Part shown: positions 48,301-58,979 of the stretch, in pieces | Position numbering within the stretch: position 1 is the stretch's first letter | Layout: every line of letters starts with the position of its first letter | IMG/VR virus record: IMGVR_UViG_3300002220_000910 | Length of the DNA stretch: 64,000 bases | Strand: one strand, 5' to 3' | Source: a virus | Notes under the pieces: model-generated | The model's database searches: none | Told to the model about the DNA's origin: nothing | Seen by the model: the letters and a program-made list of their open reading frames with translations, nothing else | Program-made: the position numbers and the translations under genes

Positions 48301-51300
48301 GCCTCCCCATCGTTTGATGTAAAAATAATTGCCCAAAACCCTGTTGTTATGGGAAGAGTTCCATTTTTCGTTCCAAAAAGTTCGGAAATGGGATTTTTTG
48401 GGGTTCGTGCTCCTATAGCTACCGAAGCGAATCCGATGTTTGGGATTGGGTATACCAGGGTTCCCGGGTCAAGACCCTCTCCATTTATCGGATCTCCAGC
48501 TTCAAAGTTCTCTTCGCTCACTGAACGTGGGTGGAAATTTGGGCACCTGTTCCCATTTGAATTCGAGAAGGGATTTACCCCGGGGTTGACATCTGCAGAA
48601 AGGTCTGTTCTCCCATCTTCGGTAATGCGAAGCCGCGAATATGGAATTATGCAGGATGTAATGAGTGCCCAGGACTTTCTTAAAGGGAAATCAGAGATCT
48701 CACAGAAACGTCCTTACGATTACAAGCATGCAGATATTACCCAACAGGCGTGGAATGAGTTTCTCAATGTCCTACAGAGGCCGGAATATCGCAACGATGT
48801 AATTGTTGGTGGATCTACCGTAACCGAGCCATTTGTAGAGAGTGGAAAGTTCCGTCCATTGAAAGCAATGGCCGATACTGACTTGTTTGTAAGAGATACG
48901 TCCTTCGAAAAACTTGCCAATGATATCAATAGTGGAATGTCTTCCCAACAGGGAAATATTTTCATGGAAATTGATCGGAGTAGAGCGACCCCTTCATTTG
49001 TAGTAGGAGCAATAGTCAGAGGAGAAAGGGTGGGAATTATTGAAGCTCATACATTTTCAGCATTCCCAGACGTTATGAAACAGACCACGCAACTCTCTCT
49101 GAAGGGTGGGGGCACACTTACGGCAGTTGCTCCGGAATACACCCTTCGGTCGAAACTTGCAGGATCGATGTTCGCGCTCCGATATTCCAGGGAAGGTGGA
49201 ACGGAGTTTGCATTTAAGCGACTCAAAGACTTCCCAGATGTAATATCTCTCACGAGAGAAGCCAGTGGTACATATCCAGCCACCTCTGATATGTTCAAGC
49301 GACTTTCAGACGATTATACAAAAATGATATCGAGTAATCGTGCTGGTATCGATATAAAAGATGTCGCTGCTGCAAGATTTGCTAAACCTGAATGGGTTGC
49401 TGCAAACAGAGGGGTAACACTTGAAAGCCTCACCAAAGAAATGACTGCAGATCTTCGAGGTTATCAATCTGCTGTAAAAGGGTTTGGGAATGCCCCATTT
49501 GGCGTTTCCAGACCCGCGATAGAAACAACATCTCGATTTGGGGTGTCATTCTTTAGTCCGGAAATAAAATACACCCCGGCAATAAAATACCAATTGTTCA
49601 CTGGCTCCCCAGGGAAAATTCTTAAAGATACAAGTTTCCGAATATCACCGAGTATGGAAACCAAAGACGGCCCCTGGAGCAATATCCAGCATGCGGTATT
49701 CGATAAATATTTGATTGAACGACTCCCGGACAAAGAAGCAGCAGTGGTCAGGGCCACTTCCCCTGCAGTACGTGCAGCGTATAGCAACCTATTCACTCCA
49801 GTACAACGGGCTCCTTTTGGAGATTTACCAACGACATCTGCATCAAGAGCAACCATGGGCAAAGTTGTCAAAGGACTTGAGCAATTTGGACCCGATTTTA
49901 TAGAAGGTGGAAGCAGGGCCCAAAATGTGTGGTTGGGTAAGGCTGGCCCATATGAATCGAAATTTGGATCGGATTTCGATACTTACACAAAAAATGCCAT
50001 AATGACCAACGAAGCGTTCCGATCAATTGTGGGATTGGTAAAAGGCGAATTCCCAAAAGTTGAAACCATGAGAGGAACCCATCCGGGAACGAACCCGGAT
50101 ATTGCAAAAACTCAAGCATCTGTCACTACGATCGCTGGAGAGGAATTCTTCCACATTAAACCGATAGAGAAATATGGTTACATGACTGAGCTGCCACCAG
50201 TAAAAGTTGCGGCCATCAACGATGCATCAGCATATGTCATAGATGCCAGGCTGTTGTTCAAGCGATCCACCGCTGGTATGTTTTCTGGACTTATACAGCG
50301 TTCTGGGGAGGGTCCAAGACTCGTTCTTGATCGCCCAAAAGATATAGTCCCTGCAAGGGGGTTGGCTAGATCGTTCGCAGAAACTTTGTATAAACCACCT
50401 ATATTTGATGTTGGTGGAATATTCACCCGTGCGAAAGTGAGCCGTGCTGTTACTTTGGAGCGGTACTCGGACGCGATCCTTGATTATTCACGCTCACTAC
50501 CCAAAGACCAGCGTAATGTTGTCACCGGAATGATGTCGGAGGCCAAAATGGACCCGTTGAAAGGGGTGGATCGGTTCCCACAACCCTCAATCGATATCGT
50601 TACCGGCAGGGGATGGCTTGATCGTCCGGTCCATGGGTGGAACGAAGAGGCAGTATTTGCTCCTGGAAGACGACGTATGACAGGGTCTGTTCCAGCAGAG
50701 CGTATGTTTGAGTCAGATGTGAGAGCCATCAGAGTCAAAGAAGAGTCGTACCCACAATCTATTCGCCAGACCCGTGGCTCTCAAGAAGTGGCGATGGTTG
50801 TTGCTTCCAGAAGAGTGATGGAATATCCAGTGGCACTTTCGAGATCATCTTCCACATATCCACTGGCAGCATTCAATTACTCTGCTGGATCTGCAAAAGC
50901 CGCTCCGATGTTGTTTGCAACGGTTGCTGACTATTCTCGTTCGCGAATAGTGTCGGAAGTGCTTTCTGGGTATCCTGGGTTTGCAACAACAAAACAATCG
51001 AGGTACCCAGTGTCCCAGTTCACACAGAGATATCCTACGACAACTCCGAGTGTAAGAAGATCTGCATATCCAGTCACACAACCTTCACGAAATGTATATC
51101 CATTTTCCGCAACTTCGAGAGCGGCATATCCAACAAGTGTCGTATCGAGAGCGACATATCCTACAGGAACCACTCCACAATTTTATCCTACGACAACAAC
51201 CCGCGGAGGAGGAAGGGAAAGAAATGCGTTCTTTGGATACACCCCACTCACTTCGCTGACCACTTATGTTTACCCTGGTATGGAGAAAGAGATTCGCAGA

Positions 51301-51498
51301 AAGAAAAAGAAAGCACGAAAGTCAGAGGAGTGGTATATACTTAACCCAGTTGCTCTATTCGAGAGTGTTTTTGGGTATAATGTTCGTGAAGTTTGGCCAG
51401 GACAATTCCCGTTGATGTCATCACATTTGAAACTTCAGCGCCCTAGGAAAAAACCTAGATTGATTGGGCCATACCAATCTGGACCCGGTCCTTGGTAA
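45325..51498 (+). CDS. Giant (~2050 aa) protein with an internal duplication, two nucleotidyltransferase-like domains and a YP-repeat tail
   Basis: Frame open from CTG 45325 (first ATG 45430); VIVGGS..DTDL..KRLKD and FIEGGS..SDFD..DRPKD. Confidence 0.8.
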   Translation: MPEQPPFVIRTVDPSAINQANSAAQAAYITNLQYRMQNNPGTLTASERAYAQNEESLRDARSEAIKQRVAFSQPRSDLDVPRSARFQQLEREYGVQRYSTIGGYTPVRHPGVTISPTRFEDSAAGIAQQLALSGGRIGSSTAAIARSQGYTGKLNVSQYSGRDTVPIRGTRTEFTQREKEFVDIAMRGLADATRMFPKVQEYAKSLELPAPFKSTTQMPGGFGASEPDIFSTVGGTIWGAGSAFGSGVRSVTDKFFGGFREMGAGVSQRALTPSYATEEVKYLAEGGRSADVGLSAQFVGKGAIPQYSPTPGSVTERFAFDEYGKVLRAGEPFEPAYGREGIPYNSKMGAGEYIYAGEYQYKTGERVSRYVEKNVGSYADFGQGGMAFRKEVVVRGGAGPGGYYATTSRPSSAQVTESTYTDQQSAVMRQVAAMGVRPASPTFNFGAAMNVAKYVNRGGESAVSSIERGDIFGNISKGFDNIFGMTGFGEMGKSAGQSALGLPEVKYTALGTRASNVGLSAQFVGKGAIPQYSPIPGSVTERFAFDEYGKVLGQGGKFEPAYSNAGIPYNPKMGAGEYIYAGEYQYKTGERVSRYVEKNVGSYVDFGQGGMAFKREVVIRGGGSPGAYYATAQQVEVPSGSAVKGTSGFDIFGAVRGAVDFGYNLPSYAVSRGNEMFAQIPVLSQVNLAGREAGIGMEISQKNEYLFAKTKGYEESGIIRGGVFTGTQEQYADLVATQNRVGVLQAERENIQRTLTGNVNQATLFTKPVYDAAHAGSEFWAKTVVGGKDERGQWSGIWGMNVGKKLDSSVGVGIEKYLNDNRGNIDAMGMIPGIGMPFKMLASENPLILNTPSKLSEASTALVGVPGQMFEFGGMAVVGGETLLRNPVAIPALAMSGLMMQGQGIEEGMRTRPTGFFYEQLGMIAVSEVAIRGAQRASPIGGGALKVLPYEKSGPATTYYAAYTKMPFAAEGGVPRFMAGVAKTGGGLSAKFASPSFDVKIIAQNPVVMGRVPFFVPKSSEMGFFGVRAPIATEANPMFGIGYTRVPGSRPSPFIGSPASKFSSLTERGWKFGHLFPFEFEKGFTPGLTSAERSVLPSSVMRSREYGIMQDVMSAQDFLKGKSEISQKRPYDYKHADITQQAWNEFLNVLQRPEYRNDVIVGGSTVTEPFVESGKFRPLKAMADTDLFVRDTSFEKLANDINSGMSSQQGNIFMEIDRSRATPSFVVGAIVRGERVGIIEAHTFSAFPDVMKQTTQLSLKGGGTLTAVAPEYTLRSKLAGSMFALRYSREGGTEFAFKRLKDFPDVISLTREASGTYPATSDMFKRLSDDYTKMISSNRAGIDIKDVAAARFAKPEWVAANRGVTLESLTKEMTADLRGYQSAVKGFGNAPFGVSRPAIETTSRFGVSFFSPEIKYTPAIKYQLFTGSPGKILKDTSFRISPSMETKDGPWSNIQHAVFDKYLIERLPDKEAAVVRATSPAVRAAYSNLFTPVQRAPFGDLPTTSASRATMGKVVKGLEQFGPDFIEGGSRAQNVWLGKAGPYESKFGSDFDTYTKNAIMTNEAFRSIVGLVKGEFPKVETMRGTHPGTNPDIAKTQASVTTIAGEEFFHIKPIEKYGYMTELPPVKVAAINDASAYVIDARLLFKRSTAGMFSGLIQRSGEGPRLVLDRPKDIVPARGLARSFAETLYKPPIFDVGGIFTRAKVSRAVTLERYSDAILDYSRSLPKDQRNVVTGMMSEAKMDPLKGVDRFPQPSIDIVTGRGWLDRPVHGWNEEAVFAPGRRRMTGSVPAERMFESDVRAIRVKEESYPQSIRQTRGSQEVAMVVASRRVMEYPVALSRSSSTYPLAAFNYSAGSAKAAPMLFATVADYSRSRIVSEVLSGYPGFATTKQSRYPVSQFTQRYPTTTPSVRRSAYPVTQPSRNVYPFSATSRAAYPTSVVSRATYPTGTTPQFYPTTTTRGGGRERNAFFGYTPLTSLTTYVYPGMEKEIRRKKKKARKSEEWYILNPVALFESVFGYNVREVWPGQFPLMSSHLKLQRPRKKPRLIGPYQSGPGPW
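46196..47218 (+). repeat. Direct repeat of ~345 bp (46196-~46540 and 46871-~47218)
   Basis: Both copies encode VGLSAQFVGKGAIPQYSP.PGSVTERFAFDEYGKVL...GGMAF..EVV.RGG..PG.YYAT. Confidence 0.95.
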
Positions 51499-51568
51499 AA
51501 TTATCATATTCCTCTTTTGTAAAATACGATTTTCCATCATATTCATTTTCTATGAGAGATTCGAAGAA

Positions 51569-52261
51569 TCACATCCATGATATTTTGTTTTTGAGAGTTG
51601 CTGTATGTTCTTTTCTTGTCAACGGTACGAATTTGTTTGGATCTCCTCTGATGTAGTGTTTCTTTTTGTCAATGATTATAAAATATCCTTGGTTGTCTTC
51701 ATCCCAATAGCAACATGCTTTCTTTTGGTAATAAACATGATGACAATCAAGCTTGTGTCCACCCCGTGTGGATACTACTTCTTTAGACAACGGGCTTTTA
51801 TATCCCCAGAATGAGCGGATTCTTTCTCTGAATTCTGGGGTCCATTTCTCACAATATGCTCCGGGTTTATCATATGGATATTTTACTCCACCATACCAAA
51901 TGTCATTGCTTCCAATGATTGATCGCTCTCGAGATTTGTCTCTGACATCTGCATTCCTACGCATTGGATTGTTATCCCCAGTAAATTTTGCACGAACTTC
52001 TGGTTTGGCCATTGCTTCTTTTATTGCAAGCGATCTTCGTTCTTTCACTTCTGGATCGTTCAATCGCTCCTTTATTTTCTGTCTTACTTCCGGACGTTTT
52101 GCTGGATTTTTATCTCCGAGTTTGCCTAATCGTATCCGTTCGCATGCATCAGGAGGATGAACGTGTCCTCTATGAGCTGCACTCAATCTAGGTTTCACAT
52201 CGGGTCTTCGAAGGGCGGCATTTATTTTTTCGCGATGCTCTGGGGTTATTTTCATTACCAT
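51569..52261 (-). CDS. HNH-type homing endonuclease paralogue with a premature TGA near the C-terminus
   Basis: Near-identical C-domain to 86..913; homology continues past the stop (FFESLIENEYDGKSYFTKEE). Confidence 0.8.
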   Translation of the reverse strand: MVMKITPEHREKINAALRRPDVKPRLSAAHRGHVHPPDACERIRLGKLGDKNPAKRPEVRQKIKERLNDPEVKERRSLAIKEAMAKPEVRAKFTGDNNPMRRNADVRDKSRERSIIGSNDIWYGGVKYPYDKPGAYCEKWTPEFRERIRSFWGYKSPLSKEVVSTRGGHKLDCHHVYYQKKACCYWDEDNQGYFIIIDKKKHYIRGDPNKFVPLTRKEHTATLKNKISWM

Positions 52262-52365
52262 ATTACAATTACATGTTCGTCTGTTGTAGCAATAAACTTT
52301 CAGTTGTTTCGATGCTTGTCATTTTTAGGAAGGCATATTAACTAGTTAGTTTATTATTACTATTT

Positions 52366-52548
52366 ATGAAACCACGAAAAAAGGTGGCGTCACATGGGGC
52401 AGAACCAGATCGGGGGTCGACGATTCGATACTGCCGATGCCCGAAGTGTAAGTACAAATGGAAGCCAAAAGTAGAGTTTCCAAAATCGTGCCCGGAGTGC
52501 AAAACACGACTGGGATGGTACAAAAACATTCGAAAAGGAGGTAAGTAA
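52366..52548 (+). CDS. Zn-ribbon protein
   Basis: CPKCKYKWKPK...PKSCPEC. Confidence 0.7.
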   Translation: MKPRKKVASHGAEPDRGSTIRYCRCPKCKYKWKPKVEFPKSCPECKTRLGWYKNIRKGGK

Positions 52549-55500
52549 ATGGTATATGGAATATACAGAGGCGGGATTGAAGAAGACCCGGGAAAAATGA
52601 AATTCCGTCACAAAGGATCATTCTTGAGCGAGAAGGTTGCTCGTGCACATCAGCACGGTTTTGCCATCCGCGGAATCCGTGCAAAGGTCGTGAAGATGAA
52701 AGATGAAGCATATCCCTATCACCTGTATGTGATGGCAAAGCATGACTTCTGGAAGAAAAATTTCATTATCAACACGAGAAAGTGACCATGTCAGACATTG
52801 AACTCAACCCAACCCGCCGGCTCTCCAAAGGAAAGGAATGGGCCCTGGCAGGAACCCGCAATTTCAAGGCGGAGGCGCAGCGTGAGGCGAACCACATCCG
52901 GAAGACCACCGGTGCAAGCGTGAGGATCAAGGAGTTCTCCACCGGGTGGGCCATCTACGTGCGGAAGGACTACCGGAAGAAAGGTTCCCGGCAGTTCGGC
53001 CCAAGGGATACGAGGGTGTAAGATGCCCCACCAGTGGTTCGAGTTGGACAAGCCCCTTAGCACACGTGCCTTCAGGATGGTTGGAACCTGCGACTATCAC
53101 CCGAACAAAGCAAAAACGGAGGATGTCACCAAGCAGATGGTTGCCAGGCTCAAAAAGCATGGTCTGCAGGCAAAAGTCGAATGGGATTCATACGGAACCA
53201 CCCATCACTACTCCAAGATCTACGCCAAAGACACCCCTCTCAAGAAATTCAAGGGTGTTGCGTGGGTTCACCCGAAAGGGGGAGGGGATGATTACTCTAT
53301 CAACATCACGGTGTCTGCTCCGAGCCTCGCAGAGGCGAAGAAGGATGTGAGGAAGCACCTCATCCAGAAGTATCACACCCACGAGAAGATGGCTGATGAC
53401 TTCTCGATCAAGGAAGTGAAGAGATGAGATACCGCGTAACAATGACCAACAGCCGCAGGAAGCGCATTGCCTCTTCCATCTACTGGGAACGGAAACACTG
53501 GGCCCAGGAATATGCGGATGAAACGAACAAGAACTTCCCAGGCTCGAACGCTAGGGTGGTTCAGGACAGCGAAAAAGTCAGGAGGATGATTCCATGACCA
53601 AAGGAAGTATCGACTGGAACAAAATCACAGATCGAATGAAAGTTGTTGAAACCAAGACCCATTACGAGGCTGCTGGGAAACTGGTGACCTGGAGTTCCCG
53701 TGATGCAAAACTTGCACAGACGTGGCTCCGTGCAAGAGCCCGTGATGACAAGATCCGGTTCCGGCCCGGGCGGAGAACCCGTGCGTTTCCAATGAGGAAA
53801 TAATCATGTCACGGTTCAAAGTAACAAAATCTCATCTCATCGACCGTTGGAAAGTCGACGGCGGTCGTATCGGTGGTGACCGGTACGTGGGTGTCATTCA
53901 CCTGATGAACAAGGAAGAGGCCCAGCGCGTTGCCGATGCAAGGAATCGTCTTGTGATGAAGAATCCACATGCGACCAGGACGGTAAGGGCACGGAGGAAA
54001 CAGAAATGATGTTTTTCATGAAATTTAACTACCCGTGGTCGAATAACCTCTATCATAAGGTAGAGGGCGCCGGAAAGACCAGGGAAGAGTGTCTACGTAA
54101 TGCAATTCACACGTTCGTTCGGGGAACCAAGATCTCTGCCAGCAAGGTGAAGGTTTGGTCAGCCCGTGGGTTCCCAAAGAAGATTGCCGGACTCACCGAG
54201 CGCGACAAGGAATACATCGCAATGTATCGGAAACATCATCCGATAAGAAAGCGGAGGAAATGAACATGGCACATTTCGATAAAGCATTTACCAATGGCCA
54301 TCCGATCAAAATCGGAGGAAAAACGTACCACATCTGGGCATCCTATAAGCGAAGAGTTGACGCAGCTCAGGATGCTGGAGATGCGAGAGAACGTGGGCTT
54401 CTGGCCCGAATAATTAAGCGTGAAGACAGATGGATTGTGGCACTGCGGAGGAAATAACATGGCATGGTCAGGTAAAAAGGTAGAAGCACTGCTCAAGCAG
54501 TTGTCCCAGGGTGGAAAAGCATTCCCGACAACGGAGAGCGTTCGCAAGGCACCGGTCGCAGGATATCGTCACGGGTACACCACCAGGGGATACTTCTCCA
54601 TTGATGGGGCCTACGGCGGGTACAAGCTTGAGTACAACATTCCGTACAGCTCAGGAAACCTCGGCGTCACCTCCGGGTTCATCTCATCGGGGAAACTCGC
54701 AGACATACTCGAGGCAATGGGAACCGCGGGTCTGAAGGCAACGTACCGGAGGAACGAGAAGCATTTCCGTCCGATGTACAAGGAGCGGTACCTCCGGATG
54801 AGGAAAGAAGGAAAGGTGTAAAATGATGAGATCTCTTGAACAAGATCGACTCAACCAAATCACTGGAAATGCGTGGGTGATCAAGGCCCACATTGCGAAG
54901 GAAGCGCGGTCCATGTACAACTTTCACGAATATGTCACCTACATCTACACAGGAAATCGTGCAGGAATGCTCAAGGTGGTAAAGGGGTTCAGGGAAGACA
55001 GTGTGGGGGGAAAATTACCATCAGTTCGCAAGGTGGCGTGATGACCTCGTTCTGGGTATATGTTCAGGAAGGCGACATCGTCGGTATGGTTGGAAAGAAG
55101 CCGTACCGGGAATTCACGGTTTCTTATCGTAAGATCAACCGATTGTCCGATCTCGGTCTGGTAATGACCGGCGTGAAATCTACTGGTTCGAAGACCGTTG
55201 CCATACGTGAAGCTAAGGACCTGGTGAAGAAGTTCTCAAAGCGTGGGTTTTCAACACGCCTTATCATCTCCGGATGCGGAAAGTCCAATAATGGGAATTT
55301 CACGTACGGGGATGGAAAATTCTGGAGGACATGACAATGGGATCAATCACTATTCAGATCCGTGGAGTAATGAGGAACTCTTCGAAAACGAAGGAATACG
55401 TTGTCGAGCACTATCACGGAAGGCCATCCAGTATTGACTGGTCGACTCACAACGAAGATGGTGTGTCCAGGACCATGGCGAATGCTATGCTGCGGGCAAA

Positions 55501-55621
55501 GCGCGTTGTAGTCAAGTTCCACAAGTCGGGGAACCCGGTGTTCATGCGGGCCCATAACTGCGGGGCAAAAAGCGGCCTGTTTGCTTATATTGATGGGAAG
55601 TTCTGGAGGCAGGGGAAATGA
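52549..55621 (+). other. Array of ~13 small K/R-rich genes (e.g. 52549, 52782, 53023, 53424, 53594, 53806, 54006, 54260, 54459, 54823, 55041, 55331)
   Basis: Tightly coupled 55-135 aa basic ORFs with GGAGG-type RBSs; shared motifs between several. Confidence 0.75.
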
Positions 55622-55666
55622 AAAAGATGCTCAAGTACCACAAGAAAAAGGAGTGCAAATTCTGAA

Positions 55667-56549
55667 ATGACAGTACCACCAGAACACGTAAAGCGGGGAA
55701 GATACACTCTCAAGCTCGTCCGTGACACGAACAGTAGAAAGATTCTCATTCGCACTCTCTACCAGTTCGCCAGGTTTGCCCAGCACATCGAGGCCCAGGG
55801 TTACCTTACCGGACGGAAGCAGGTGAAACAGGGAGTTGACGCATATTACGTTTACATCTCCGAGAAACCCGTTCCAAAGTCCGAACAGAAGGTAGAATTC
55901 TCCAGAATGCACGGGAAGATGGACGGAGTCGGTGGTTTGAACACCAACACGGCCCTGAACCCAGGGTGCCGGGCAGCATATCGCGGAAAGCCATCCGAGG
56001 GTTGCAACCCTACCATTTGCAAATCCTGCTATTCCATGGAAGGGATGATTGAAGGCAAGACCGGAAACCCTCCAAAAGCGACCTCGATGGCCATGTTGAC
56101 CCGGAATACACGGTTGCTGACTCGTGGCCCGCTTGCGAATGTACCAAAGGTATCCCAGAAATTTTTCCGGTTCTCCGCAGAAGGAGATCTCCACAACGAA
56201 CAGCACCTGGAGAACTTCTTCGCGATCGCCCGGGCCAACCCAGGAACTCACTTCACTCTCTGGACCAAGCGACATCACATCGTTGCCATGGTTCTTGGAA
56301 AGCATTCAAAGCCCAGGAACCTGTTCCTGATTCAGAGTTCACTGCGGGTCAACACGCCGGAGCACAAACTCCCTGGCTACTCGAAGGTGTTCACGGTCTA
56401 CACCCCGTCATACCTCAAGGAGCACCCGGAGATCAAGATCAACTGCGGGGGCCAAGTCCTGTGCGACGTGCCAGTTGTGCTACACGACGAATAATGTGCA
56501 GATTGTGAATGAAAGGTTGAAAGGAAAGAAAGCCGGCAAATCTCCATAA
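55667..56549 (+). CDS. Gp88-like Cys-rich protein with a frameshift at a G5 run (56447-56451)
   Basis: ICKSCYS, FFRFSAEGDL, HFTLWTK; removing one G gives INCGAKSCATCQLCY...VNERLK. Confidence 0.65.
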
Positions 56550-56643
56550 AATTTTTTCATTCTTTTTTCCATCATTTTATATACTTTGACACTCTAGTCT
56601 ATTTTATCTCAAAAAAGTAAATTGTTTTCAGAGAGAAAAGAAG

Positions 56644-57776
56644 ATGTCAATGGAAAAACACACGGGTTCATCCGAGAAGAGTGAAGTGTTCTCCGGAATG
56701 CGATTCATGAAACGTCACACCGTCCGGAGCCTCCGCTCGGCAACGAAATGGAAGAAGCATTACGAGGTCAAGGGATTCTACGTTCGGGTAGAGCGCGATG
56801 GCCCGGGCCGGTACAACGTGTACACGCGCAGGAAGGAGAAGAAATAACATGAAACTACCGATTTACGTCTACGCATACGATGTGTATGGAGCAAGAACCT
56901 ATTTCCGGGTTTCAAAGCTCCCAGGTCACGCAAAAATGGGTGCTCGTATTCTTGAGGATTATCTCACCGGCATTGCCGCAAAGAAACTGGGGGTTCACAC
57001 GAGCAAAGTCCGTCTTGGACATTACAATGATCGCAAATTTGACCAGGGGCATCTCCCATCCAGAGTATACCCAGGGCGAGGTGGCCGGTGGCTGTCATAC
57101 ACCACTGATGATTGAGTAAGGAGAGAATATTGATGGTAAAGAAAAAAAGTTCATTTGGAAGAGCCCCTCCAAGATCTATGAGGGGACGGCTCATTGATAA
57201 AGGATATCAAGGCTACAACAACGGTCAGGTGTTTGAAGACAGGGAAGTTGCTCTGAACAACTGGACTGAAAAGAAAAAGAACGTCTGGTATCACAAGGAT
57301 AACCGCAAGATGGTTGTTGCTATTGTTCCAAACCGATCATCTTCTTACTCCTCCCACCATGCAAAATGGCTCGTATTCCACACGCACCCAGGGCCGTATG
57401 GGACAGCCGTCATACAAGGGGTAGAAAGTGCAAAAACCATGAAAGAGGCCACCCGGAGGGCCTACAAGCACCTCCGGCACTGGAATGACCCGACCCTTTG
57501 GACCAGAGATCCCGATTACGGGAAAATCGGGAAGACGGGAGCGTGAAAATGACCACTCGCGGTATTTTCACTACATTTTATGGTAAAAAATACCGCGCAG
57601 TCTACTCCTCCAGATCGCGAGCCCGGGCCAACATCATGGCCCATGCTACAGGATTGATTCTCAAGGAAGAAATGGACATCAAGGAAAAGTTGGTGATTCT
57701 TCTCGAGCACCGAGGGACAAGGCATTATGTCTTTGTGAAGCAGCCGTTCGATAAGATGATAAAAAACATGAGGTAG
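56644..57776 (+). other. Second run of small basic genes (56644..56847, 56849..57115, 57112..57546, 57549..57776)
   Basis: Coupled basic ORFs after an AT-rich promoter at ~56575. Confidence 0.65.
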
Positions 57777-58184
57777 ATGAATGAAAGCGAAAGCCCTGAA
57801 GATGGGAGAAGGCACCGAGATCTGGATCCATGGAGCATCCGAGAACACCAGCGACTTTGTTGTCAGGCATGGGAAGATTGTCAAGGTATGACGTAGCGTG
57901 TCATCCTGAAGAAATTTCAGAGTAACATTTAAGACAAGAAAAGGAGAATTCAGATTATCATGAAAAGACTCACAAGAAAAGAACTTGCTTACAACAGCAA
58001 GAAAGGTGCATCGATGGCGAACATGAACACCAGCCCAACCCCGTCAATGAAGAAAATGAGCATCTCTGGGCTTCAGACCGATGAGTCAACATGGACTCCA
58101 CGGAAGAGGTCTTCGGGACTTGGAAAGGATGCGACCTGGCACGGGGCCGGGAACTCCTGGTAATTTTTTCTCTTTTAAAAAAGA

Positions 58185-58502
58185 TTAATATTCGGGTCCA
58201 TAATATATTTGTCCGGCCTCTGAAAATTGGTCACGCCTGGCCCGTTTTGTGCATACCACCAGGAAGATTATCACACCGAGGGGCGCAGGGGTATAACAAA
58301 GCAAAACAAAAAATTGGTGAGCCACCCAAAACTCCCTCGAGGTATCCCACTTGGTACCGGCCCCGGCATCGAACCCCATGTCTCGCAACTCGTTGATGAT
58401 GTAATCCGCCTGGGGCATCACCCCGAGAGCAAGAATTACCCCTATTACGATCATGAGAACCATCACGAAGAATGCATCCTCGATGGTCCAGAATTCTGTC
58501 AT
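58185..58502 (-). CDS. Small two-helix membrane protein
   Basis: Two TM segments; GGAGG RBS. Confidence 0.65.
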   Translation of the reverse strand: MTEFWTIEDAFFVMVLMIVIGVILALGVMPQADYIINELRDMGFDAGAGTKWDTSREFWVAHQFFVLLCYTPAPLGVIIFLVVCTKRARRDQFSEAGQIYYGPEY

Positions 58503-58511
58503 GTTTCCTCC

Positions 58512-58970
58512 TTAAAATTTGTACATGTCTTTGGGATCCCCATACATGCTGCTCTTCCCAACCCCGGCCTTTTTGAGTTCGGATTGGACCGCTTTCACGC
58601 TCCTGCTGGCAGATCGAATACCGTGAATGAGTTTCGCAGTCGTAGATTTTGCAACGAGTTTTTTCTCGAGAATTGCGCGAACCTCATCGTTGTGGGTTCC
58701 GTATTTGATATGGGCACCCTTCTCGGTCTGGCCGACCCCTTTGTACACATAAGCGGTCGTGTCATAGGGCTCGACTTTCGCGCCAAATTCCTTGGCAATT
58801 TTGCGGATGTGAACGAGTGATCCTTCACGAATGCGCTTTTGATCATTCGCGGCCTTGATGTTGGCCTTTCGCCGCTTTGCCTGACCACGTTTGATATCAG
58901 AGTTCACCTTTTTTACTTTCTTAACTACAGCGGTCGCACTATTTTTCAGACTATCAAGAATTCCACCCAT
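58512..58970 (-). CDS. Basic hypothetical protein
   Basis: K/R-rich; AGGTGA RBS. Confidence 0.65.
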   Translation of the reverse strand: MGGILDSLKNSATAVVKKVKKVNSDIKRGQAKRRKANIKAANDQKRIREGSLVHIRKIAKEFGAKVEPYDTTAYVYKGVGQTEKGAHIKYGTHNDEVRAILEKKLVAKSTTAKLIHGIRSASRSVKAVQSELKKAGVGKSSMYGDPKDMYKF

Positions 58971-58979
58971 GATTCACCT

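Noticed and set aside
43923..51571. Genome-wide TGA recoding
   Set aside because: Only two in-frame TGAs in recognisable genes, while many genes end in TGA/ATGA overlaps; no suppressor tRNA seen.
57875..58165. Hairpin ATGAC/GTCAT as an intron joining ORF fragments
   Set aside because: No BHB geometry and no convincing spliced product; likely decayed sequence.
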